From positions 1-37,654 of the IMG/VR virus record IMGVR_UViG_3300020043_002590: a stretch of DNA of 37,654 nucleotides; one strand, given 5' to 3'. How positions within the stretch are numbered: position 1 is the first letter of the stretch; every line of letters begins with the position of its first letter. Positions 26,772 through 34,083 of the stretch are shown here, piece by piece. The notes below the pieces were generated by a model. It did not search any database. It worked only from the letters and a program-made list of their open reading frames with translations, and had not been told where the DNA came from. A program made the translations under genes and the position numbers. The stretch is from a virus (Duplodnaviria > Caudoviricetes).

Positions 26772-27554
26772 TCAGTGCTCCCACCAGCGCAGATCGTCGC
26801 CGACCTTGCTGTCACGCAAAGCTGCCAAGACTTTCATTAAGTGAGTTGCGTCATTCCAGAGCACCGTCTCAGTCTCAGGCTGCTCAAGGACCTCGCTGGC
26901 CAAGCACAATTTGGCATCTGCCCAGTTGGTCTCGTACAGGTGGCTTGAGGCAGCTGTCAGGAAGAGACGTCCAGGCTTCACCGCGTTTTTCAACTGGCGG
27001 TGCTCATTCAACAGACCGCAGACCAGGTGGGACAACATACTGAAGTTGAAGACGTCGTACGGAACGCCAAGCCAGACATCACTTGATCGCATGAACACAT
27101 GGGCATTGAGTTTACCACTGCGGATGCTGAAGAAGATGGCTACAGTGCACGGCACGTCCTTGGTGTCAGGCGGGCACTCACGCCAGATCGTCAGGCCAGC
27201 TTGGCGACTGTCTTCATCAGCCTGCAGCTTCTCAACGATGTAGGGCAGTTGCGCTTTGATCTTGGGGCCATAGGCACCGAAGAAGCGTTCGCCATCATCG
27301 CTGAAGTCCTTGATGCGGCTGTTGTAAGGCGAGATGGTCTCGACACGGTCATCGCCAGACAGGATCCAGAAGGCTTCAGCCGCCATGAACTTGTAGCTCA
27401 GGTTGCGATCAGGGATACGGAGCACAGGACGGCGCATGTCGACCACCATGGTGCGCTGGGGAATCTCACGGGTCATCTTGCCGCGTGGCGCAACTGGATC
27501 GCCATTGGTCAGGATGTCATTGAGGGCATCGAGCCAGGTTCTTGAGAAGTCCAT
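26772..27554 (-). CDS. thymidylate synthase homologue, dCMP-type (putative dCMP methyl/hydroxymethyl/hydroxyl transferase)
   Basis: GAYG, DSRQA, VPC (Cys136), MRSSDVWLGVPYD (Asp167 where ThyA has Asn), SHLY. Confidence 0.85.
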   Translation of the reverse strand: MDFSRTWLDALNDILTNGDPVAPRGKMTREIPQRTMVVDMRRPVLRIPDRNLSYKFMAAEAFWILSGDDRVETISPYNSRIKDFSDDGERFFGAYGPKIKAQLPYIVEKLQADEDSRQAGLTIWRECPPDTKDVPCTVAIFFSIRSGKLNAHVFMRSSDVWLGVPYDVFNFSMLSHLVCGLLNEHRQLKNAVKPGRLFLTAASSHLYETNWADAKLCLASEVLEQPETETVLWNDATHLMKVLAALRDSKVGDDLRWWEH

Positions 27555-27556
27555 GG

Positions 27557-27928
27557 TCAGTCCTTGCTGTTGGCGCCGGCAAAGAAGCCAGCATAGTTGA
27601 TGATGTCCAGCGCCGTGTCACGCAGGCCTTCAAAGTTTGCGTCATGGCCACGCATCTCTTTGAGGACCAGCGAGTTGAAGCGCTGAGACTTGGTATGGAG
27701 CATCTGAGCGTAGCTCACTGCGCCAAATGGGAAGTACGACGACCGATCGATCTTGTGCGGATCCATGTCCGCAGCGCCTTGGTTGTAGTCCTGGCTTTTG
27801 CGGACACAGAGCAAAGCGGCTTCGGCCAAAGCACCGGGGTGGCCACCGCGAGACTGGAGTTCTTCCAGCAGTTCCACAGTTGAGCATTCAGCCAGTTGAG
27901 TGGCCGGCAGCAGAGACTTGGTTTTCAT
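27557..27928 (-). CDS. Nmad1/DUF1599-like nucleotide-modification-associated protein
   Basis: RKSQDYN...K..R...EGLRDTALDIINYA; start MKTKS with AAGGA SD. Confidence 0.7.
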   Translation of the reverse strand: MKTKSLLPATQLAECSTVELLEELQSRGGHPGALAEAALLCVRKSQDYNQGAADMDPHKIDRSSYFPFGAVSYAQMLHTKSQRFNSLVLKEMRGHDANFEGLRDTALDIINYAGFFAGANSKD

Positions 27929-27945
27929 ATCAGTTCCTTTACGAG

Positions 27946-28338
27946 TTACCATGACAAAATTTCCTTCAGGCGAGATTCAGGACCTACCCAACCTGCTGGC
28001 TTCTTGACGTCGAAGGCACTTCCACGTTTCGAGTCCTCAGCCTTGGCCACACGAACCTTGGCCATATTAGCAGAGTGAACTGCATGCATGCCGGCGTGCC
28101 ACTGAGCAGGATCAATGCCAGCAAAGAGTGCTGTGCCATAGGCCACGTAAGCCAGATCGAGCAGAGCATCGAAGGCCCCAACCTTGTCACCAGCAGCCAG
28201 CGCCTCTTTGAGCTCATCCAGTTCTTCTTGGAGGAACTTGACACGGAAGTCCTGCGCAGCAGGGTCTTGCATGAGTTTGTCAGTTGTGCCATTGGGCAGG
28301 TCAAACTTCTCATGGAATTCAGCAACATTTCCGATCAT
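27946..28338 (-). CDS. MazG-like (all-alpha) NTP pyrophosphohydrolase
   Basis: VAEFHEKF, EELDEL, DALLDLAYVAYG, VHSANMAK, KPAGW..P. Confidence 0.88.
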   Translation of the reverse strand: MIGNVAEFHEKFDLPNGTTDKLMQDPAAQDFRVKFLQEELDELKEALAAGDKVGAFDALLDLAYVAYGTALFAGIDPAQWHAGMHAVHSANMAKVRVAKAEDSKRGSAFDVKKPAGWVGPESRLKEILSW

Positions 28339-29171
28339 CAGAACGGCGCTCCTTTCGTGGCTTTACGGACGACGGGCTTGACGGGCTTACCATCAGCTGC
28401 TTTACGGCACACCCACAGGTTGTTGCGGGCATGGTCAGGGTACAACGAGCCAAAGATGTTGCTGATGGCGTCGCTGTCGAAGTACTGCTCAAGGCCTTGG
28501 CGAACCAGCTTGATGGCGTCCAGCATTTTCTTGCCGTCCATGCCAGGAACTTGTGGCTCAACCTTGCCGATGTGCTTGATGTCCATGAACGTGCCGAAGC
28601 GACGCTCAATGACGTAGCCAGCCTTCTCAATGGACGCCTGCAGCTCAGGCACTGTGTATTCATGAATGTGATTCTTGGCATGGCGCTTGCCGTCGTAGAC
28701 TGGAGTCGAGAGCAGCAGGACGCCGCCTGGCTTGGTGGCAGCAAACATGGCCTTGAGCAGGTTGGTACCGTGCTCAACCTTCATGTGCTCGATGACCTCG
28801 TAGTTGACGACAACATCGAAGCCCTCAGGACGCGCTTTCAAGAGTTCCTTGTAGCGTTCAACGAAATTGAACTCGCCGTGGAACGTCAGGCGCTGGCTAT
28901 TGGACGGCTTCAGCTTGTTCAGATCGACGCCAGTGTAGTGATTGACATGAGCAGCTGCGCCGCCAGTCAGGATCTTGCAGAGCGGTTTGTCTTCACCGCA
29001 ACCAACTTCAAGGACGTTGTGCTTGGCCGTGATGAAGCGGCGAGCAAAGCTCCAGCGCCAGAAGTGGGCTGAGTAGTCACGGTGCAGAGTGCGGCCATGG
29101 CCTGCCTCATGCAGTTGTGTAGTGTCATAGTCGCGGTCGTCGCGGGTAATCTCTTTAGTGGACTTGGCCAT
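28338..29171 (-). CDS. class I SAM-dependent methyltransferase
   Basis: VLEVGCG motif I, YTGVD, FDVVVNYEVIEH, KPGGVLLLSTP. Confidence 0.9.
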   Translation of the reverse strand: MAKSTKEITRDDRDYDTTQLHEAGHGRTLHRDYSAHFWRWSFARRFITAKHNVLEVGCGEDKPLCKILTGGAAAHVNHYTGVDLNKLKPSNSQRLTFHGEFNFVERYKELLKARPEGFDVVVNYEVIEHMKVEHGTNLLKAMFAATKPGGVLLLSTPVYDGKRHAKNHIHEYTVPELQASIEKAGYVIERRFGTFMDIKHIGKVEPQVPGMDGKKMLDAIKLVRQGLEQYFDSDAISNIFGSLYPDHARNNLWVCRKAADGKPVKPVVRKATKGAPF

Positions 29172-29200
29172 GATAATTCCTTGTGCAGGGAGGGTATTGG

Positions 29201-29226
29201 TGAGGCGACTTGTCGGCGTCGCCTCA
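29201..29226. other. intergenic hairpin upstream of the methyltransferase
   Basis: TGAGGCGAC-8 nt-GTCGCCTCA; no U-tract. Confidence 0.55.
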
Positions 29227-29234
29227 AGGCCGTG

Positions 29235-29888
29235 TTACTTCGCCACCTTGGCTTCTGGCGGATTGGCGCCAGTCTTCTTCAGATGGTTGCGATACCATTT
29301 GACGTAGCCACGCTTCTTCTCGTCCAGACCAAACTCAGCTTGGACCTTCTCAAAAATCTGGTCGTCGGTCAACTTGCCGGCCATGATCAGATCTTGGAAC
29401 ATCTGAGCAGCTGACGGCTTTTTCTCGCCGGGCTTGACAGACTTTGCCGCTGGTTTTACTACTGGATCGACGGCGCGGCGTCCGGCTTTGACCTCGGTTG
29501 GTTTTGCTGCCGCCTTCTTTGCGACAGGCTTCACTGCTTTGGCGGCAGCGGGCTTTTCAGCCACGGTTTGCTTTTTGGTGGTAGCCATTTCAAGCTCCTG
29601 TTTACTCACGTTGATGACTTGGCCAAGGTAATCCATGGCCTCCTTTGTTGCCCCGAGGGTCTGGCTGTAGTTCACAAAGAGCTGACATGCCTTCTCAACG
29701 GGGTATCCTTCCATCGGCGTGAACCGCTGGTCGAATGAGTCCGCCGACGTCGAATGGACTTCAAGGCCCAAGATGATGTCTAGCGGGATAAACTTGACGA
29801 GACCAGCAGAGCGGTCAACCTGAATGCAGGTGCGTCTGTTGTGGTCGTGGCATGGCATGACTGCCGATGCTTGCTTCTTAGTTGCCAT
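29235..29888 (-). CDS. putative DNA-binding protein (Lys/Ala linker plus C-terminal helical domain)
   Basis: Start MATKKQ (GGAG SD); C-terminal domain paralogous to that of 30320-30751. Confidence 0.75.
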   Translation of the reverse strand: MATKKQASAVMPCHDHNRRTCIQVDRSAGLVKFIPLDIILGLEVHSTSADSFDQRFTPMEGYPVEKACQLFVNYSQTLGATKEAMDYLGQVINVSKQELEMATTKKQTVAEKPAAAKAVKPVAKKAAAKPTEVKAGRRAVDPVVKPAAKSVKPGEKKPSAAQMFQDLIMAGKLTDDQIFEKVQAEFGLDEKKRGYVKWYRNHLKKTGANPPEAKVAK

Positions 29889-30120
29889 TCTTCTCTCCAG
29901 ATAGTTTGTCAGCGATGACGGACAGTTCAAGAAGGCCTTGCATCAAGACCTTGGCTTCAGGCCAGTACTGTGGCCCGTAGACCTGCCAGTGAAGCTGGAC
30001 TGTGCCGCCCTTCTTGCTCACGAAAGCACGCTGCCCGCCGTCAATGTACAACTGGAAGCGAATCTCCTCGTGTGTGCTCTCGTCAACAATCTCAATGGTG
30101 TCTGGGTTGCTGAAGGTCAT
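29878..30120 (-). CDS. hypothetical protein
   Basis: 80 aa; ATGA overlap with the upstream gene. Confidence 0.7.
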   Translation of the reverse strand: MTFSNPDTIEIVDESTHEEIRFQLYIDGGQRAFVSKKGGTVQLHWQVYGPQYWPEAKVLMQGLLELSVIADKLSGEKNGN

Positions 30121-30317
30121 TTGCATTCTCCATCATACGGAGGCCAGCCAGTGCGGTCATTGGGCGGAATACCTTTGGCAGTTTCAGAGTGCCACGTGGC
30201 AACCATTGAGCAGTAGTTGTCATGCTGCGCGTCAGTGTCCTCAGCGTCAAAGTGGCCAACGACTCCAATCAGGACGACGAGAAGGGCGGCCAATGCCGCC
30301 TTGTTCAACGTGCTCAT
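30117..30317 (-). CDS. small secreted/membrane protein
   Basis: MSTLNKAALAALLVVLIGVVG hydrophobic leader; YCSMV..W...GWPPY..EC. Confidence 0.7.
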   Translation of the reverse strand: MSTLNKAALAALLVVLIGVVGHFDAEDTDAQHDNYCSMVATWHSETAKGIPPNDRTGWPPYDGECK

Positions 30318-30319
30318 GA

Positions 30320-30751
30320 TCAAGCTTCTTTGGGGAGCTGGCCTGTGCGCTTCATCTCGCAACGGTACCATGTTGGGTAGTGCTTTTTAGAGTCATCGAG
30401 GTTGAACTGCTGCTGCAAAACTTCCCAGACCTCTTGGTTAGTCTTACCAGACAGGATCAGCTCACGAGCCGTGGCAGAAATGCCAAGCTTTTTTGGCTTG
30501 ACTTCAACAACTGGGTCTGCTGCACGACGACCAGCCTTGGCAACCTTTGGCTCTTTGGCCGCAACAGGCTTAGCTGCTTCAACTGGCTTTGGGTTCTTCA
30601 AAGATTCGAGGTGGGCAGCAGCTGCGCCGAGTTTGCACTCGAACTTGTCGCCGACCTTTGTGATGAAGAGGTTGTAGTCGCGAGCTTGGAGGCCGAGCTT
30701 ACGCAGGGCAGATGTGGCAGAGTCGCGGGCGGTGTAGGTCTTGGTCGTCAT
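30320..30751 (-). CDS. putative DNA-binding protein
   Basis: Start MTTKTY (GAGG SD); first gene after the 30809 promoter; paralogous C-terminal domain. Confidence 0.75.
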   Translation of the reverse strand: MTTKTYTARDSATSALRKLGLQARDYNLFITKVGDKFECKLGAAAAHLESLKNPKPVEAAKPVAAKEPKVAKAGRRAADPVVEVKPKKLGISATARELILSGKTNQEVWEVLQQQFNLDDSKKHYPTWYRCEMKRTGQLPKEA

Positions 30752-30808
30752 GGTGTGGTCCTCAGCAAGGTTTGTTCGAACAAGCACCATTGCGTTGTTC
30801 GTGGTTAG

Positions 30809-30837
30809 ATTTTAGTGTGCGTAAATGGTCTTGTAAA
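30809..30837 (-). promoter_or_regulatory. sigma70-type promoter driving the operon that ends in the nucleotide-modification cluster
   Basis: TTTACA-17 nt-TAAAAT. Confidence 0.8.
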
Positions 30838-30861
30838 CACCTATTTTCAATTCCACGCAAA

Positions 30862-32331
30862 TTATTTGCGTAATTTTTTGAGCGCGTCAAACAAAGCGTT
30901 CTGTCCACGGCGCTTCGACTTCACAGCGGCAAGCACCACTTCGTCAATTGTCCCACGCGCCATGATGTGATGAACAAAGACCTTTTTGCTCTTGTTGCCT
31001 TGGCGAAGAACGCGGCGGATGAACTGGTCATAGAGCTCGTAGTCCCATGTCATCGAGTGCCAGCAAACGTGGTGCCCCATCTCTTGCAGGTTTAGTCCAT
31101 GCCCCATGGCTTGAGGATGACCAAGCAGCACTGGTAGCTTGCCGGCATTCCACTGGCTGACAAGTTCTGCCGTGCGCTTAGTACTAACGCCACCACCAAT
31201 ATATGGGACCTCTTTGCCGAGCTTTTCTTGCAGTCTATCAAGGTCGTGTGCAAAGTCATAGGCCACAAGAAGCGGACTGCCTTGCAATTCCTCAATGAGG
31301 TCTGCCAATGCATCGACCTTCTCAGTGTGCAGGTTCACCCACTCACGACTAGACTTCGGCAGCTTGATCAGTGCCTGCACGTCAGGATCGAGGTAGATGC
31401 CGCCATTGGCCACCTGCCTGCACTTCATAGAAGCAGCCGCTGCCGTTGAAGCAACAATGACCTTGGAGTCAAGCTTGGCAATGAGGTCTTCTTCGAGCTG
31501 GTTGTACATGGTCATCACGTTCGATGGGAGGTCGACACGGATGTTGTTCTCAATGAGAGCAGGCATGTCAAGGTAGTCGTCAGCCGCCATGCGCAATGCA
31601 AGAGGACTGATGCGCTCGTAGATCTCGTCCTCAGCACCCTCACGGATGTTCCAGTTGAAGCCGTCATGGCTTGGCACAAAGTACTTCATGCGGTAGTGGC
31701 TGATATACGGACCCAGCGTGCGGCCTTGGTCAAGGATAAAGCACTGGCCAAACAGATCGAGCAAGCCATTGGATGCTGGTGAACCAGTCAGGCCCCAGCG
31801 ACGACGGAAGGTGTTGAGCACCAGCTTCAGACCTTTGAAGCGGTTTGTGTTGGTGTGCTTGAACTTGGACAACTCATCGACGACCAGTGTGTCGAAGCCG
31901 AGGTTCTTGAAGCGGCGCAGGTCGACTTCGACTTTGGTCTTGCCCTGAGCAGTCTTGGTCTTCTTGGCTTGCAGGAGCCAATCGAGACCCTCAGGATTAA
32001 TGACGTATATGTCTGCCTCAGTCTTCAGCAATGCGTCCTTGTTTGGCCCATGCAGAACCACAACCTTAAGTCCTCCGAAGTCAGTCCACTTAGTGACTTC
32101 CAGTGGCCAAACGAGGTCGCAGACACGCCTTGGCGCAATGAGCAGGACCTTGTCCAGCAGCTTTTTCTGCTTGAGCAGTTTGATGGCAGCCAGCGTGATG
32201 CTAGTCTTGCCCAGCCCTGGATCCAAGAACAGAGCAGATGCTGCGTGCTCGAGCAAGAATTTGACGGCCTTCTTTTGGTAGGCGTGTGGTTGCCACGGCT
32301 TCGATGACGGAGGAAAAAGCTCGGATTGCAT
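30862..32331 (-). CDS. SNF2-family (SF2) helicase
   Basis: LDPGLGKT, VVDELS, LTGSP, GHGLNLQ, QFIRRVLRQG. Confidence 0.93.
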   Translation of the reverse strand: MQSELFPPSSKPWQPHAYQKKAVKFLLEHAASALFLDPGLGKTSITLAAIKLLKQKKLLDKVLLIAPRRVCDLVWPLEVTKWTDFGGLKVVVLHGPNKDALLKTEADIYVINPEGLDWLLQAKKTKTAQGKTKVEVDLRRFKNLGFDTLVVDELSKFKHTNTNRFKGLKLVLNTFRRRWGLTGSPASNGLLDLFGQCFILDQGRTLGPYISHYRMKYFVPSHDGFNWNIREGAEDEIYERISPLALRMAADDYLDMPALIENNIRVDLPSNVMTMYNQLEEDLIAKLDSKVIVASTAAAASMKCRQVANGGIYLDPDVQALIKLPKSSREWVNLHTEKVDALADLIEELQGSPLLVAYDFAHDLDRLQEKLGKEVPYIGGGVSTKRTAELVSQWNAGKLPVLLGHPQAMGHGLNLQEMGHHVCWHSMTWDYELYDQFIRRVLRQGNKSKKVFVHHIMARGTIDEVVLAAVKSKRRGQNALFDALKKLRK

Positions 32332-32569
32332 TATCGTGTACCTCTACTTGGTAGCCCAGCTGCTTGAGCTGAGCGTGGATGTATTCTTGTTTTGACTTAG
32401 GCTCTTCGCCTGGCCGCTTGAATTCAATCAACAACGGACGACCACCGGGAATCCAGAAAATCCTGTCTGGGTACCCTGTGTCGCCCGGCGTCACGAGTTT
32501 AGAGCCGATGATCCCAAGGTGTTTCCACGCTAGGTCAACGGCATCACGTTCGATCTTCGATTCTTTCAT
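32201..32569 (-). CDS. VRR-NUC domain nuclease
   Basis: ESKIE, GYPDR, IEFKRPG, Q......L...G. Confidence 0.9.
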   Translation of the reverse strand: MKESKIERDAVDLAWKHLGIIGSKLVTPGDTGYPDRIFWIPGGRPLLIEFKRPGEEPKSKQEYIHAQLKQLGYQVEVHDNAIRAFSSVIEAVATTRLPKEGRQILARARSICSVLGSRAGQD

Positions 32570-32754
32570 GGGAGCTTGTGAAGGTCACGGCAAGGTGCAC
32601 AGGCTCTGCCAACAAGACGCTGAGAGTGTTCACCACAGAGCCTGCATTCGCCTGGAGCACCTGCTGGCATCTTGGCCGCTTCTTCACGAGCCTTCTTGAT
32701 CATGGCTTCGTCCCATGGAGCATCGCGATTGAGTTGATGGTCGACTTCGTCCAT
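32566..32754 (-). CDS. DksA/TraR-like C4 zinc-finger protein
   Basis: MDEVD N-terminus; CRLC...CAPC. Confidence 0.75.
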   Translation of the reverse strand: MDEVDHQLNRDAPWDEAMIKKAREEAAKMPAGAPGECRLCGEHSQRLVGRACAPCRDLHKLP

Positions 32755-32758
32755 TTCG

Positions 32759-33283
32759 TTACCCCATCAACTGAAGCGCGTGAGTGGCCTGAGATTTGGC
32801 GTCGTCGAGCGCATTGTGGTAAGTACCTTGGCGCGCCAACTTGACCTGAGGCTGAAGACTCTTTAGCGTACGGTAGCAGCGGTTGTTCCAGAACTCCCAT
32901 GGCTGATTGCTACCAATGGCTGCGTAGCAGTTGGCCAAGATGGCATTGTCGAAGTCTGAACCATTGCCCCATACCCTGACCTTCTTCAGGTCGAACTGGC
33001 TGAGGTACTCAGTCAACTTGTTCAAGGCATCACGCAGATGCTCTCCGCCGCCATCAACCTCAGTGAGGATCTTCTTGGCTTCAGCATTCTGGCCGTCCCA
33101 CCATTTGACCGTTTCAGGGTCCTCATGGAGACCGATCTTGAAGCAGCTCAAGCGGTTCACAACCACATAGAACTCTGGGCCAAGCGCCTTGGTCTTTGGG
33201 TCAAAGGCCACTGCACCAATTGAGAGAATCGAGCACCCGGCACGACGGCCCAGAGTCTCGAGGTCAACCATTACGTCTTTCAT
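32759..33283 (-). CDS. DEDDh 3'-5' exonuclease
   Basis: VDLETLG, WGNGSDFD, HNALDDA. Confidence 0.9.
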   Translation of the reverse strand: MKDVMVDLETLGRRAGCSILSIGAVAFDPKTKALGPEFYVVVNRLSCFKIGLHEDPETVKWWDGQNAEAKKILTEVDGGGEHLRDALNKLTEYLSQFDLKKVRVWGNGSDFDNAILANCYAAIGSNQPWEFWNNRCYRTLKSLQPQVKLARQGTYHNALDDAKSQATHALQLMG

Positions 33284-33348
33284 TTTGTAAATCCTTTAGT
33301 CATCCACCACAGTAAAAGAATGAGAATCAACCAGCCACAGAGTGACAT
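33280..33348 (-). CDS. 22-aa membrane peptide
   Basis: MSLCGWLILILLLWWMTKGFTK; AGGAG SD; ATGA overlap with the next gene. Confidence 0.6.
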   Translation of the reverse strand: MSLCGWLILILLLWWMTKGFTK

Positions 33349-33357
33349 GATGTTCTC

Positions 33358-34083
33358 CTAGTATTTGCAAGGACCGCTCTTGCTGGCGCTGAAGAAGCAC
33401 CAACGGCACTTGTCATTGGGGCGCGGCGCAAACGTCGTGTCATTCATCATCGCCTTCGTGCGCTTGGCCCAGACCTTCTTGAGGCGGTCAATGTCCTTCG
33501 GCGTGAAGATCAGCGGCTTGTCAGCATCAGGGTAGACCGTGCCTTGATCGAGGTAGGCCAGACGAGGACGAACTTCTTTGAGGTGCGGGTGCAACAAGAG
33601 AGCTGCCAGTGCATAGAGCTCGAGCTGTTCCATGTAGTCCTCGTTCATCTCAACACGGAACTTCCCTGTCTTCCAGTCAGTCACGATGAGGATGTCCTCG
33701 CCTTCATGGTGGGCACAGTCGAGCTTGATGCGTACCCAGCAATGGATCCAGTTGTCCCACTCGGTCTCAGCCCAGTCCTTGGTGAACGACCAGTTGTCTT
33801 CAACCACCATACCATTGATGGACTTCTTAAATTGCTTGCGCAGCGCCTTGAGCTCATCGCCAAACAACTTCAACTCCGTCGGCAATGTGCGGCCTTTGCC
33901 CTTGATGTAGTCTTCAGCCAGAGTATGGATCGCAGCACCACGAGCCATTGCTGGGTTCGGTGGCTCCTTGATCTTGTCGATGTGCTTTAGCTTGAACTTC
34001 AATGGGCACTGCTTGTAATCGCTGTACCGGCTGAACGACCAACTGGTGGCCTGCTTGATGGGAATAATTTTCTTGGTGGCCAT
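33358..34083 (-). CDS. PD-(D/E)XK (Cas4/RecB-like) nuclease
   Basis: SFSR....CP, RGAAIH, KLD, DWKTGK, QLELYA, CRWC.......C. Confidence 0.88.
   Translation of the reverse strand: MATKKIIPIKQATSWSFSRYSDYKQCPLKFKLKHIDKIKEPPNPAMARGAAIHTLAEDYIKGKGRTLPTELKLFGDELKALRKQFKKSINGMVVEDNWSFTKDWAETEWDNWIHCWVRIKLDCAHHEGEDILIVTDWKTGKFRVEMNEDYMEQLELYALAALLLHPHLKEVRPRLAYLDQGTVYPDADKPLIFTPKDIDRLKKVWAKRTKAMMNDTTFAPRPNDKCRWCFFSASKSGPCKY

Noticed and set aside
28338-29171. Restriction-modification DNA methyltransferase
   Set aside because: Catalytic motifs of N6/N4 and C5 DNA methyltransferases are absent.
33358-34083. Cas4 as part of a CRISPR system
   Set aside because: No other cas genes or array; stand-alone Cas4-like nucleases are routine in phage replication modules.
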